A DNA stretch of 64,000 nucleotides, taken from positions 32,001 to 96,000 of the forward strand of contig CAXXFV010000026.1 of NCBI GenBank assembly GCA_963674595.2, given 5' to 3'. The position numbers and the translations under genes are program-made. This document shows, piece after piece, positions 30,670-41,505 of this stretch. Positions within the stretch are counted from its first letter, which is position 1, and every line of letters starts with the position of its first letter. The notes under the pieces were generated by a model. That model saw nothing but the letters and a program-made list of their open reading frames with translations. It was not told where the DNA came from and ran no database searches. Source of the DNA: a bacterium (GTDB taxonomy: Bacteria; Zhuqueibacterota; Zhuqueibacteria; Residuimicrobiales; Krinioviventaceae).

Positions 30670-33360
30670 TTATTTCACATATAACATTTTTATCATGCTG
30701 GAATAATCATCTGTTTCAAAGTGTGTAAAATATATACCGCTAGGTAAATTGTCCAAATTAATGATGTGTTCATATTCGCCACTTTCTTGAAACAATTTTA
30801 TATCATCTCTGACTTTGTGACCATTAATGTTATAAATCTTGATTGTTACAAGTGAAGCTTTAGATAGTTTATATTTTATTTTGGTCGTTTTGTTAAATGG
30901 ATTTGGATAATTTTGTGTTATTTGATATTCTAAGGGCTGATTAATATTTATGCTTGTAAATCCACAAATACAGAAGGAACCATCATTATCAATTTGTTTT
31001 AAACGATATTGATATTTTTTGTTTTTTATATCATTGTCCGTATAAGAATATTTCGAAGTTTGATTTGTTGTGCCACACCCTTGTATAAAGGCGATGGTTC
31101 GCCAATCTTCATTTCCTGCTTTTCTTTCAATTTCAAATCCATAATTATTTGATTCGCTGTTTGTTTCCCACTGCAAAATTATATGATCTTTATTTGTTTG
31201 CGCTTTGAAAAACAATAGCTCGACAGGCACAACATCATCAAGCAAAATCCATTCACTTTCAATAAAGGTATCCGGATTGTCAGTTTCCTGCGGATCAAAA
31301 ATCACAGCTTGGTTTTCATTTATGGAAATTTTTACAGGTTCTGTACTTGATGTGGTTTTCGAATACTCTATTTTTAGATAATATGGATTATTAACATTTA
31401 AACTGTCATATAATAGTATTCCGGAACTGTCAATACCGAAACTGGCCCAATAACAAATTTTATCGAGTTCGTGTTTATACCCTGAATTGTGAAAAGTCGG
31501 CTTTGAACCATCAATAAGCAGCGAATTATTTTTTTGTTTTGAACCTGCAAGCCACATTCTTTTCAAGTTTAAAACTCCTTCCGGTTGCCCGGCAGTGGTT
31601 AATGTTAAACAATTCAGGCTTGTGCTGTCACCCATTTGAGTCACTTGAAATTCCAATGGTGAATTAATTACTCCTGTTGCATGAAAACTAATTATCCCTT
31701 CCCGTTGAAGGTTATGGTTTGGTAGAATTAAAAGCTTAACGACAGCATCTCCGGTTCCGGTATCTGGAATTATTTTTACCCAATCGGGATAATAAAATTG
31801 CCAGGTGTTTTGGACCGAATCGTTTGAAGTTTTAAATAATGACGTGACCGGTTCAAATTTAACTGGCACTGGAAAATTCATTCCAGGTGAAGGAATTATG
31901 TTTTTTAATATATCCTTTATATAATCTATTACTACCTGGCGTTTTTTTTCATCGTTTCCTTTACGAACTTGTTTAACCACAACAATCTGCTCTGCTGCAG
32001 AACAATATTCTGTTTCATGGGTTGATAGAGTAAATTTGCTGGTCTTTTCATCCAAGTTTTCATCTAGTGCAGGAACTGAAAAGGATAATGCTTTATCAGG
32101 ATAATAAGACGTTGTTGTTAAATAACCGTCCCCCTTAACCTCCCAACTTTCACTACAGTCTCCTTCAAATGAAAATGTATATCCCATTGAATATGCGTTT
32201 TCATCTAAAAGTATTATTTGTGTTGGAACAATAAATTTGCATATGCCATATTGTTCAAAATAATATGTCGGTGATAAAACCGTATTTTCAGAAACATCTT
32301 CACGTAGTTTCAGGTTAAAATAACGTCTTGTTTCATCATCATTTTCCTGAACCCTTATGTTTATTTGATTATTATTTATATTTTGGGCCGATAGTCTGTC
32401 CTCATCTCTACCTGATTTATCAGTATACCAGTCGATGTCGGTGCAATCTCCATCAGGATGTACAGAAAAATTTTTATTGTATGCTTTTGGAGAAATTTTT
32501 GTCATACTATTAAGACCGTTTATTTTTAAATTACATGGTCCTCGTTGATTGACTGTTATGGTGATTGGCGTGCCAAAAGAGCACTCGTCATATAATTCAA
32601 TGGTTCCTGTACGAGAAGAGTTATCATTTTCATTCCTTGCAACCGTTACCTGATACGATTTTACAGAAGACAAATCCAGTGAACTGATTGTAACCCAGGA
32701 AGGTGATTTAGTCAATTTGAGATCACTGTTTTCGCAATCTCCGTCCTTTTTTACTTCAAAAACATAGGTGCCGCCTTTGGCTGGAACAGGATTATCAATG
32801 GTATTTTTCGTTAAAGAAAATTTACAGGAATCGGGAAAAGTAACTTTATACCAAGCAGACGTTGCAAACCGAAACCACCCTTCGCCCCAGTCTTCCTCCG
32901 GGGGATTGGGATTTAGATTCTGCGGCGTAAAGGAAATGCCCTGATCGACCCCGTTTATTGCTACGCGGATTGAGGATTCCGGTTCTCCATCTTTGCAGTA
33001 TCGAATTTTGATATATTGCTCACCTTTTACACCGTATATATCATACCACACAGAACTTGGAACGCCGCCATCCTGGTTTCCGCCGAAAAATCCCCAGCAA
33101 CCATATCCGCTTCTGCTGGTTGGATTGCCGTAACCGGTATGACCTAATTTGTTTTCACCTTCAATGATAACGGCGCCTGCTTCAGAGCGATTGGGTGAAA
33201 TGTATATTTTTTCTATTTCACAGCAGGCCCATCTCTGTCCCTGGGTTGAAAGCTTTAATATATCACAGCCAAATAGGGGATAATTGGCCACAAAAAATAT
33301 TACAATAAATGAAAAATAGAGTGTGTTGCTAAAAGAGTGACGTTTTTTGCATTTTTTCAT
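30670..33360 (-). CDS. secreted BACON/CBM-like protein with C-terminal sorting domain
   Basis: Likely start ATG 33360; PSWVTI...RTGTI BACON-like repeats; PVELLFFKA; QNYPNPFN. Confidence 0.8.
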   Translation of the reverse strand: MKKCKKRHSFSNTLYFSFIVIFFVANYPLFGCDILKLSTQGQRWACCEIEKIYISPNRSEAGAVIIEGENKLGHTGYGNPTSRSGYGCWGFFGGNQDGGVPSSVWYDIYGVKGEQYIKIRYCKDGEPESSIRVAINGVDQGISFTPQNLNPNPPEEDWGEGWFRFATSAWYKVTFPDSCKFSLTKNTIDNPVPAKGGTYVFEVKKDGDCENSDLKLTKSPSWVTISSLDLSSVKSYQVTVARNENDNSSRTGTIELYDECSFGTPITITVNQRGPCNLKINGLNSMTKISPKAYNKNFSVHPDGDCTDIDWYTDKSGRDEDRLSAQNINNNQINIRVQENDDETRRYFNLKLREDVSENTVLSPTYYFEQYGICKFIVPTQIILLDENAYSMGYTFSFEGDCSESWEVKGDGYLTTTSYYPDKALSFSVPALDENLDEKTSKFTLSTHETEYCSAAEQIVVVKQVRKGNDEKKRQVVIDYIKDILKNIIPSPGMNFPVPVKFEPVTSLFKTSNDSVQNTWQFYYPDWVKIIPDTGTGDAVVKLLILPNHNLQREGIISFHATGVINSPLEFQVTQMGDSTSLNCLTLTTAGQPEGVLNLKRMWLAGSKQKNNSLLIDGSKPTFHNSGYKHELDKICYWASFGIDSSGILLYDSLNVNNPYYLKIEYSKTTSSTEPVKISINENQAVIFDPQETDNPDTFIESEWILLDDVVPVELLFFKAQTNKDHIILQWETNSESNNYGFEIERKAGNEDWRTIAFIQGCGTTNQTSKYSYTDNDIKNKKYQYRLKQIDNDGSFCICGFTSININQPLEYQITQNYPNPFNKTTKIKYKLSKASLVTIKIYNINGHKVRDDIKLFQESGEYEHIINLDNLPSGIYFTHFETDDYSSMIKMLYVK

Positions 33361-33446
33361 TATAAATCCCTTAATAATATTCCGACCATTATTTAAAAAA
33401 TTTAAGTTATGGAAAAGTTTTACTGCACCGTTTAGCTGTGGTTCGC

Positions 33447-33836
33447 TTAATTGCTTTGTAATGGCGTGGTAGAACCACATCCTGCCGCTTTGATTATTAA
33501 TTCCAGTGATTTTTCAATATTGTCTTTTGAGATATAGGAAATTCCTTTTATTTTAAAATATTCATTATTAACTACCAACCTAATCGTATTGGTATTATAA
33601 TTAATTTTTACTATACAATTACCCCAAAATTTTGCAGGCTCTTTTCTACTATCATTAAATAGCCTTACAAGATTAGAAATTTGTTTCCTGTTTGTTATTT
33701 TACAAATCAAAACTTCTTCAAAATCGTCATTTAAAGTGTAAATTTTAATGTTTTTGATATTTTTATCAGGAATCAGATCATTTTGGCAAGCCATTATACT
33801 CAACCAAATCAATAATATAAAATATTTTTTCATCAC
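33447..33836 (-). CDS. lipoprotein; 3' end reads through a REP copy
   Basis: Lipobox IMAC. Confidence 0.6.
   Translation of the reverse strand: MMKKYFILLIWLSIMACQNDLIPDKNIKNIKIYTLNDDFEEVLICKITNRKQISNLVRLFNDSRKEPAKFWGNCIVKINYNTNTIRLVVNNEYFKIKGISYISKDNIEKSLELIIKAAGCGSTTPLQSN
33463..33485 (-). repeat. REP family A copy
   Basis: GGCGTGGTAGAACCACATCCTGC; partial inverted partner near 33416-33429. Confidence 0.75.
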
Positions 33837-33890
33837 TTAACCTGTGTTTGTACCGATGGACCAAATCTTGATTAATAAAAAAATGTTGCG

Positions 33891-34700
33891 CTAATTGTTT
33901 CTATATCTCTGCTGCATGTCGTCAAAAACTTTTTGCAATTGTTCTAATTTTTTAAATTTATGTGATTTCAAATTATAGGAATAGATATATCTTGTTTTCA
34001 GAAAAAGGCCCAATTCATCTTTTTGTTCTTTTTTAATCACTTGTTCAAAAAGAATTTCATCGTTTTCTTCATTCCAAAAATTCAATAAATCCAGGTTTAG
34101 TGATGAGGGTGTTATCCTCTGCAGGTTTTTACCGGTTAAATCAGTAATGTAATATGAAGAACTATCGGATTCGTTTATTCTTCCATTGCCGTCTGTGTCT
34201 TTCAGGGCTATTTTATAGAGGATATAGTCTCGTTCTGGTTGTACGGACGAATCGGTATTTCGGTAATATCTTGGGACATCCATAAAAGAAATATAGCCAA
34301 AATCCTCAAGTAGCGGATACACCTGGCTTTCATCCTGATTAAAAAAGATCACATTGATTGTGCCTCCAAGCAAATCTATATTAAAATCATTCGCCCCTTG
34401 TATTACATCAAAAACTTCTTTGGGCAGGTCTTTATCGACTATATGAATTCTAGAGTAGTAATAATCGCTGTTTTGTATTTGTACCGGGGTATCGTAAAGG
34501 AGATGTTGTAAATCAATTTTTATCTTTTTCGACTGTGATTTTTTATCTTCAACAATGACCCCTTTGTTATATTCATATTTCTTGTGGAACAAATCGGGGC
34601 TGATTTCCATGATGAGATAAACCAGACCGAATATGGCGATAAGGAATATTATGACTCCATTTACAGCCCATATAAACTTTATGAATTTTGACTGATACAT
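33891..34700 (-). CDS. membrane-anchored hypothetical protein with EF-hand-like motif
   Basis: Likely start MYQSK; N-terminal TM segment; DTDGNGRINESD. Confidence 0.65.
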   Translation of the reverse strand: MYQSKFIKFIWAVNGVIIFLIAIFGLVYLIMEISPDLFHKKYEYNKGVIVEDKKSQSKKIKIDLQHLLYDTPVQIQNSDYYYSRIHIVDKDLPKEVFDVIQGANDFNIDLLGGTINVIFFNQDESQVYPLLEDFGYISFMDVPRYYRNTDSSVQPERDYILYKIALKDTDGNGRINESDSSSYYITDLTGKNLQRITPSSLNLDLLNFWNEENDEILFEQVIKKEQKDELGLFLKTRYIYSYNLKSHKFKKLEQLQKVFDDMQQRYRNN

Positions 34701-34753
34701 TTTGTTCGCCCTTTTATTTAGTTTAACTGTCATTTCCTTTATCACTTTATAAT

Positions 34754-34776
34754 GGTGCGGTAGAACCACACCCTGC
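34754..34776 (-). repeat. REP family A copy
   Basis: GGTGCGGTAGAACCACACCCTGC. Confidence 0.85.
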
Positions 34777-34778
34777 AG

Positions 34779-35024
34779 TTAATTTTTTATATAGTCTAAC
34801 AACAAATCTACGCCCATCACTAACGTCGAAATACCAACTATCCCTGCTTTTATTTTTTTACTTATAATAGGTTCTGGTTTAAAATATTTATAATTTAGCA
34901 TTCGTTCTTCTTCAGGAGGAAATAATCTATCTGCAATAAATATAAAAACGAAAGATATAATACTGCTAGAAAATAAAAAGATAATCATGACAAGTTCTTT
35001 ATTTAGCTTCATTAAAATCTCCAT
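34779..35024 (-). CDS. two-TM small protein, paralog 1
   Basis: Shares KKIKAGIVGISTLVMGV with 35228..35479. Confidence 0.7.
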   Translation of the reverse strand: MEILMKLNKELVMIIFLFSSSIISFVFIFIADRLFPPEEERMLNYKYFKPEPIISKKIKAGIVGISTLVMGVDLLLDYIKN

Positions 35025-35085
35025 ACTAAATTTTTAATCGTTCAAGGGTCTTTCGGGCTGTACAACCTGTGAATGATCACAATTT

Positions 35086-35139
35086 TTCGGGGTAGATACC
35101 CCGTCTAATGGCGCCCCGGGAAAGATTCCCGGGGCGAGC
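35086..35139. repeat. double-hairpin repeat family B
   Basis: TTCGGGGTAGATACCCCG...GCCCCGGGAAAGATTCCCGGGGCGAGC; also at 35542-35595 and 45470-45523. Confidence 0.85.
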
Positions 35140-35146
35140 TGGAAAT

Positions 35147-35225
35147 GTAGGGTGTAGTTTTACTGCACCGATTAGCTGTTTTTCGCTTTATCACTTTGTA
35201 ATGGTGCGGTAGAACCACACCCTGC
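35147..35225. repeat. REPIN-like inverted doublet of REP family A
   Basis: GTAGGGTGTAGTTTTACTGCACC ... GGTGCGGTAGAACCACACCCTGC. Confidence 0.8.
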
Positions 35226-35227
35226 AA

Positions 35228-35479
35228 TTAATTTTTTAAATATTTTAACAACAGCCATACGCCCATCACTAACGTCGAAATACCAACTATCCCTGCTTTT
35301 ATTTTTTTACCTAATACAGTATCTCTGGTCCTAATAAAATATTTATATAGTTCCGATTTATTTTCATCAGGATGATAGAATTTATCCACTGTAAAAATAA
35401 AAACGAAAGCACTAATGCTGATAGAAAATAAAAAAATAATTGCCACGAGTTCTTCATTCAGCTTCACTAAAATCTCCAT
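35228..35479 (-). CDS. two-TM small protein, paralog 2
   Basis: Tandem paralog of 34779..35024. Confidence 0.7.
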   Translation of the reverse strand: MEILVKLNEELVAIIFLFSISISAFVFIFTVDKFYHPDENKSELYKYFIRTRDTVLGKKIKAGIVGISTLVMGVWLLLKYLKN

Positions 35480-35541
35480 ACAATATTCTTTGATCGTTCA
35501 AGGGACGTTCAGGCTGAACAACCTGTGAATGACCACAATAT

Positions 35542-35595
35542 TTCGGGGTAGATACCCCGTCTAATGGCGCCCCGGGAAAGATTCCCGGGGCGAGC
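35542..35595. repeat. double-hairpin repeat family B
   Basis: Matches 35086-35139. Confidence 0.85.
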
Positions 35596-35658
35596 TGGAA
35601 TTTTTTGCATATAAATATACCTCACCGCACCCACCAACTCTGTCTGTGAACCAACAAA

Positions 35659-35890
35659 AATATAATGTTGTAACCAACACAATCTATTTCCTCGTGTGTT
35701 ATATGTGCCCGTTTTTATAATATGGTGGAAAATCAGCAGAACCGTCAGGATTTCATGTGCTCGACCCAATTATCCTGAATACAGTCCCTTCCCGCTGATA
35801 AGTAATTGTACGAATTTTGTATTGTCGGAACAAGGGATTTTTAAAAAATGTGGAAAATAAGTTTTTAGGACAAAATATTAAACCCCTGCA
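35659..35890. repeat. ~230-bp dispersed non-coding repeat, copy 1
   Basis: Colinear with 59072-59308 (CCAACACA, GTGGAAAATCAGCA, AATTATCCTGAA, AACCCCTGCA). Confidence 0.7.
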
Positions 35891-35892
35891 AT

Positions 35893-35915
35893 GGTGCGGT
35901 AGAACCACACCCTGC
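35893..35915 (-). repeat. REP family A copy
   Basis: GGTGCGGTAGAACCACACCCTGC. Confidence 0.85.
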
Positions 35916-35928
35916 AGTTGATCCCGAT

Positions 35929-37539
35929 TTATTTCAAATGCGGGCCGAAGGGCGCAACGCGCAGTGTTGCGTAATCCGTGTTTAACAGGGATTCATCCCC
36001 GATCTGTTCCATTTTCCGCCACATCTGTTCCACCATGGATTCTAAAACATCCCGGTACCTGGCATCGGCTGCCAGGTTGTTTTCTTCAAGGGGATCATCC
36101 TTTAAATGATAGAGCTCATCCACACCTGCGGGTGAAAAGATATACTTCCAGTCACCGTTCCACACAATACGCTGACTGTACATAAACCGCTGTCCGTAAA
36201 ATTCGCCATAGGCAGTTTGCCAGTCCGCCGGATCAGACCTGTTTTCCAGCAACGGCACAAGACTGCGGCCCTGCACCTGTTGCGGCGTGTCCGGTCCGCA
36301 CAGTTCCAGCAGGGTGGGGCATATATCGACAAGACTGACAAGCGCCTTGTCAATTGTTCGTCCCTTTTGCTTACCGGCACGGTCCTGCATCCATTGCGGC
36401 AGACGGATGATCAACGGAACATTATAAACATCTTCATAGGCCAGTCCGTAACCCACACCCATCAAACCGTAGGCACCGAGCATCTGTCCATGATCGGCCA
36501 GGTATAAAATGATGGTGTTTTCATATTTTCCTGTTTCATGCAGGGTTTGCAAAATTCGCCCTATTTCACTGTCAATAAACGTCATTTCTGCATAGTTGCA
36601 GGCTGTTATTTTTTTCCAGTCATCATCACTCAGGTCTTGCCAAATCGAACGCATACGGCGGAGAATTTCGCTTTTGCCTTTTAAATCACTTTTCAGGGTG
36701 GGGTGTGTTTTTATATCGTCCGCATCATACATGTCATAAAATTTTTTCGGCGGCATGTTTTCGCCCGGTTCCCGTGTTGAAACAAAGCAGCAAAAAGGCC
36801 GGTCATCGGCAGCGTGCCGTTTTATAAAATTTATCCCCAAATCATAGGCAGGGTGGTGCGGCTTTTCTTTATCGTCCTGCCGGACGGCCGCGAGCAAGTA
36901 ATCAGTGTACCCGCGTTTTTGCGACAGGATTTTGCTGCCTTCGATATATTCGCCTTTCATAATGGGCGAGTTTTTTATTTCATATTCCTGCCAGCCATAT
37001 TGATCAATATTTTTATTTTGCGAGGCGTGCCATTTCCCAAAATACCCGGTTTGGTAGCCGGCCCCGGACAACAGTTGTGCCCATTGTGTGAGTTGCGGAG
37101 AAACGTCTACCCATTCTTTTCGTTGTGTATGGGTGCAGTCCCAAAGACCGTGTGTGGAGGCATAGGTCCCTGTCATCAGAGAGGCGCGTGCCGGTGAGCA
37201 CATGCCGGTGGGTGTGTAACAGCGTGTGAAATGGACGCCATCAGAGGCTAATTTATCCAGATTGGGTGTGAGGCACTGACTGGTTTGTTTCAGCACATCC
37301 TCTTTGCCGTGGTCGGTCATAAGGACCAGAATGTTGGGCTGCCGTCTGCCCGGCAGGTTTTTAGTGGTTTTTGGGGGTATGTTATTGGAGCGGGTGTCGG
37401 CTGCAGAACGATTGTCGGGAACATTCATAACCATTCCCGCAATCGCTCCTGCCGATGTTTTTATAAAACCGCGCCGGGTTGTGTCAGATTTTGATCGAAA
37501 TTTATTCAACTTTTCTCCTTTCACACAACCAGTTAACAT
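35929..37539 (-). CDS. formylglycine-dependent sulfatase with Tat signal
   Basis: CSPARASLMTG, GKWH, PNILVLMTD; TRRGFIK. Confidence 0.92.
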   Translation of the reverse strand: MLTGCVKGEKLNKFRSKSDTTRRGFIKTSAGAIAGMVMNVPDNRSAADTRSNNIPPKTTKNLPGRRQPNILVLMTDHGKEDVLKQTSQCLTPNLDKLASDGVHFTRCYTPTGMCSPARASLMTGTYASTHGLWDCTHTQRKEWVDVSPQLTQWAQLLSGAGYQTGYFGKWHASQNKNIDQYGWQEYEIKNSPIMKGEYIEGSKILSQKRGYTDYLLAAVRQDDKEKPHHPAYDLGINFIKRHAADDRPFCCFVSTREPGENMPPKKFYDMYDADDIKTHPTLKSDLKGKSEILRRMRSIWQDLSDDDWKKITACNYAEMTFIDSEIGRILQTLHETGKYENTIILYLADHGQMLGAYGLMGVGYGLAYEDVYNVPLIIRLPQWMQDRAGKQKGRTIDKALVSLVDICPTLLELCGPDTPQQVQGRSLVPLLENRSDPADWQTAYGEFYGQRFMYSQRIVWNGDWKYIFSPAGVDELYHLKDDPLEENNLAADARYRDVLESMVEQMWRKMEQIGDESLLNTDYATLRVAPFGPHLK

Positions 37540-37553
37540 GAGTTTATTTTTGT

Positions 37554-38909
37554 TTACACGGTTGGTTCCCAGCCATCCTCATACTCACGTTGCCAAAATT
37601 TTTCAGCCTGCCGGTCGCCAATAATATGCCCGTTGCTGGGATCACAGTTAATGGTGCGGCCGGTGCGGCAGGCAATATTACCCAGGTGTCCCAGCAACAC
37701 ACTTTTATGACCTTCTTCTATCTCGGAATTTGGTCTTTTCCCTTCACGAACGCATGACAGAAAGTTTACAATGTGCGGTGTATCATAGGCAGCGCCCGGG
37801 CCGACTGTGTTTACAGACTGGGGGACATCCGTATCTTTGACCTCTTTGATAATTTGCGGTTTTTCACCGTTATCATAAACCGTATATCCATTGGCAATAA
37901 GCCGTATGGTGCCTTTTTCGCCGTGAAAAAGCACACCGCGCGCGTCGTCTTCGGTTGCGTATTTGTTGCAGCTCCGGCCTTCCCAGGTCATGGTTTTGCC
38001 TTCTTTAAAATCAAAACAGAGCACCTGTGTGTCCGGCGTTTGCCAGTCGTCTTTAAAATGATAGCGGCCGCCGGCAAATGTAACCCGGGTGGGATAATCC
38101 ACCTCAAGTCCCCAGCGCATCAGGTCCATTTCATGGCTGCCGTTATTCAACGCTTCTCCGGTTCCCCAATGCCAGAACCAATGCCAGTTATAATGTATCA
38201 GGTTATCCTGATAGGGACGGCGCGGAGCAGGACCCTGCCATAACTCATAATCCAGCCAGGAGGGGACCGGCGCTTTTTTACCAAACCCAATGGACGTGCG
38301 GTTTTTTGCATACCATGCTTTGGCAAAATAAACCCGTCCGATGATGCCGCTTTTTATGTCCTGAATGCACTTTATATCATTTTCCAGGGACCGTTTCTGG
38401 TTTCCCATTTGCACAATGCGGTTATATTTTCTTGCCGCTTTAACCAATAATTCACCTTCCCGTGGATTATGGCCGCAGGGTTTTTCAACATACACATGCT
38501 TGCCTGCTTTACAAGCCATAATGGCAGCCGGTGCATGCCAGTGGTCCGGAGCGGCAATGACCAACGCGTCTATAGCCTTGTCTTCCAGCACACGGCGGAC
38601 ATCTTTTTCACCCTTTGGTTTTCTTTTTTGGACCTCACTTACTTTGGCAATGGTTTTATCAATCGCTCTTTCGTCCACATCGCACACATAGGCAACCTCT
38701 GCATTTGGTTGCCGGGCAAACAATTCTGCCAGCCAATGTCCTCGGCTGTTAACGCCCATAACACCGACAATGATTTTTTCATTGGGTGAATCTTTAGCAA
38801 ACAGAGGTGATAATTGCGTACCAACGCCCATAACAACACCGGCACTCACACTGTTTTTAATAAACGTTCGGCGGTTCGTTTCTTTTAAAACGGATTTGTT
38901 GTTGGTCAT
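37554..38909 (-). CDS. Gfo/Idh/MocA oxidoreductase with Tat signal
   Basis: APDHWH, HVYVEKP, QMGNQ; NRRTFIK; GGAG RBS before MTNNKS. Confidence 0.92.
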   Translation of the reverse strand: MTNNKSVLKETNRRTFIKNSVSAGVVMGVGTQLSPLFAKDSPNEKIIVGVMGVNSRGHWLAELFARQPNAEVAYVCDVDERAIDKTIAKVSEVQKRKPKGEKDVRRVLEDKAIDALVIAAPDHWHAPAAIMACKAGKHVYVEKPCGHNPREGELLVKAARKYNRIVQMGNQKRSLENDIKCIQDIKSGIIGRVYFAKAWYAKNRTSIGFGKKAPVPSWLDYELWQGPAPRRPYQDNLIHYNWHWFWHWGTGEALNNGSHEMDLMRWGLEVDYPTRVTFAGGRYHFKDDWQTPDTQVLCFDFKEGKTMTWEGRSCNKYATEDDARGVLFHGEKGTIRLIANGYTVYDNGEKPQIIKEVKDTDVPQSVNTVGPGAAYDTPHIVNFLSCVREGKRPNSEIEEGHKSVLLGHLGNIACRTGRTINCDPSNGHIIGDRQAEKFWQREYEDGWEPTV

Positions 38910-39047
38910 TTTTACTCCTCCATGCGGCGAATTTTTATATGCTTGTGCTATAAAATCAAGCGCCGGCAGAAACAAAAATATGCCGATAATTTAATGATGT
39001 ACAACTAGGCCTCATGGATATCGGCACGATTGGACTATCCCCAACGG

Positions 39048-39428
39048 CTATTGTATATAATTACTTTTCAAGCTATTTATGACAGGTTCCAGCATCTCAA
39101 TGGTAACAGGCTTTTCAAAAAACTTTAAATAATTGATAACGTTTGCTTTTTCAATGATATAGTCCGTTGCAAATCCCGACATAAAGATGACAGGAATGTT
39201 TATTTTTTCTTTTATTCTTTTTGCTGTTTCAATGCCGTCCATGCCGCCTGCCAGACTAATATCCATTAAAATGAGATTCGGCTTTTCAGTGAGAGCAATT
39301 TGAACCGCAATTTCACCTTTTGGAACCGGTTGTAAAGGTTCAACATCAATATCTCGCAAATCTTCACAAATGCTCATAGCTATCAGACATTCATCTTCAA
39401 CAACTAGTACTTTAAATTTCTGGGCCAT
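39048..39428 (-). CDS. single-domain response regulator
   Basis: VLVVEDE, LILMDISL, PVIFMSG, EKP. Confidence 0.92.
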   Translation of the reverse strand: MAQKFKVLVVEDECLIAMSICEDLRDIDVEPLQPVPKGEIAVQIALTEKPNLILMDISLAGGMDGIETAKRIKEKINIPVIFMSGFATDYIIEKANVINYLKFFEKPVTIEMLEPVINSLKSNYIQ

Positions 39429-39429
39429 T

Positions 39430-41505
39430 TTAAACTCTTGGTTCGTAAAGTTCTTTTTTTAAAACAATATTACAACTGAAACCATTTCCATTTTTAAAAT
39501 CTACAATGCCGCCCAACTGATATTCGACTAGTTCAATAATTGTTTGAATTCCAAGACTGGACTGTTTTCGAATATCAAAATGGGGGGGTAACCCAACACC
39601 GTTATCTGAAAAACTCAGCAACAGTTCTTTTTGGCGGTTTTGATTCAGGGTTATATCAATTTTGCCCATACGATTATTGGGAAAAGCATATTTTATTGCA
39701 TTGGTTAAAAGTTCGTTAATAATTAAACCAAAAGCCATCGCAGTATCTAATAAAACGTTTATATCTTTGCCGTTGACAGATATTTCAATTTTTTCAAGCG
39801 ATGAAGGATAGGCCTTGCCGATTAATTTTACAAGGCCCTCGATATATTCTTTTAAATTTAAATGAGAAAGGTCCTGCGATTCGTAGAGTTTTTGATGAAC
39901 AAGCGCCATACTCTGTATTTTGTGTTCAATTTCTTTAAAAACCACAGAAACTTTATTGTTATTCAAACGCCGCGATTTTAAACGAAGTATTGAAGAGATA
40001 ACCTGCATGTTGTTTTTAGTGCGATGATAAAGCTCGCGGAGAAGAACTTCTTTTTCCCTGAGATTTTGACCCAGCTTTTCTTCAACCTGTTTTCTCGCGG
40101 TAATATCTTCAGTAAGGATAACGATACCGCCGACCGAACCGTCCGCCAGATTCCAAGGACGTATTTCTCCGCATAGCCATTGAACTGTACCGTCGATCCG
40201 TTCAAACTTGTTATCGTCTCCTTTTATCACTTCTCCATTCATTGCACGCTGATGCAGCAATTTCAATTCATCAGGCATTTCAGGGAAAATTTCATAATGT
40301 GATTTTCCAAGAAGATTATTTTCCTTTAGGTTGAAAACTGAATTCCATCGGCGGCTATGTGCAATGTATCGCATATCACGGTCGAACATGGCCAGGGCGG
40401 CAGGTGCATGTTCAACAAACAAACGCATTTTCTCTTCACTTTGCTGCAACTCTTGTTCATATCGCTTATACTCGGTGATATCCTTGGCAACACCTACAAT
40501 TGCATAGGGTTTGTCTTTATCGTCTTTGAGTACGTTTACCGTCATGAACGTGGGGAATGTTTCCCCGTTCTTTTTTTTATGACCGACTTCACCGCTATGG
40601 GTGCCAATCTTGAGGGCTTTATTAATAAAGGGTTTGACTTCATTTTTCATCTGTTCAGGAGTATGTGAAATGGCCATGTTCTCGCCAATAAGATTTGTGT
40701 GGTTTTCATACCCGTGCATCTTGCCCCAGGTTTCGTTTATAAAAACGAGCTTACCGTCCAGATCGGCAATTGCCATTCCTTCTGTTGATTGTTCGACAAC
40801 AGATGAAAGCATGTTTATTTTTTCTTCCGCTTTTAATCTTGCCAGGGAAGAGGCAACATGATCTGCAATTCGCCGGTACAAGGTTATTAATTCAATCGAA
40901 AACATACCTTTTCGATGATCGTTGAATTGTATCAAGCCAAATGTTTCTCCGGCAGTGCGGATCGGAATCAGCGCCACGGATTCGTAACCCTCCTGGCTGC
41001 AGAGATTCAGGCTGTATTCCTGCCGGTCAGCATCCGTCGTTGTTGTTAATAACTGGGTGGTGCTGTTAGCCCAGAAACAACCATCCTCCGTATAGAAATT
41101 TTTTGACGGATCAAATTTACCGCGTAAAATGTTACCGCACAGACCTTTCAGAATCGGCTTGCCGTCTTTGTCCCGTTTTATAGTGCCGTCATCATCATAT
41201 TGATACAGCGTATTTGCCTCTTTTACAAATTGTTTGGGAAATCCTTTTGTGGTAAAATAGGGAAAATCTTGTCCATCGCGAATCCGAATCCCCACAGCTT
41301 CGCAATTGGACCATTTTTTTATACGACCAATTAATCTGTTGATGAGCTGTTCTATGGTTTTGGAATTATTGACAAGTTGAAGCACCTCCAGAACTATAAG
41401 GTCTTCTTTTTCTTTTTGTTGGTATTCGGCCAGGGTCGTTTTTAGCTTTTGAACCTGTTGCTCTAATTCTTCAATTGTCCGCTTATCAGACATGCCGGTC
41501 TCCAT
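39430..41505 (-). CDS. GAF-PAS-PAS HisKA_2-type histidine kinase
   Basis: ELYHRTKNNMQVI, NELLTNAIKYAF, DNGVG, SLG. Confidence 0.92.
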   Translation of the reverse strand: METGMSDKRTIEELEQQVQKLKTTLAEYQQKEKEDLIVLEVLQLVNNSKTIEQLINRLIGRIKKWSNCEAVGIRIRDGQDFPYFTTKGFPKQFVKEANTLYQYDDDGTIKRDKDGKPILKGLCGNILRGKFDPSKNFYTEDGCFWANSTTQLLTTTTDADRQEYSLNLCSQEGYESVALIPIRTAGETFGLIQFNDHRKGMFSIELITLYRRIADHVASSLARLKAEEKINMLSSVVEQSTEGMAIADLDGKLVFINETWGKMHGYENHTNLIGENMAISHTPEQMKNEVKPFINKALKIGTHSGEVGHKKKNGETFPTFMTVNVLKDDKDKPYAIVGVAKDITEYKRYEQELQQSEEKMRLFVEHAPAALAMFDRDMRYIAHSRRWNSVFNLKENNLLGKSHYEIFPEMPDELKLLHQRAMNGEVIKGDDNKFERIDGTVQWLCGEIRPWNLADGSVGGIVILTEDITARKQVEEKLGQNLREKEVLLRELYHRTKNNMQVISSILRLKSRRLNNNKVSVVFKEIEHKIQSMALVHQKLYESQDLSHLNLKEYIEGLVKLIGKAYPSSLEKIEISVNGKDINVLLDTAMAFGLIINELLTNAIKYAFPNNRMGKIDITLNQNRQKELLLSFSDNGVGLPPHFDIRKQSSLGIQTIIELVEYQLGGIVDFKNGNGFSCNIVLKKELYEPRV

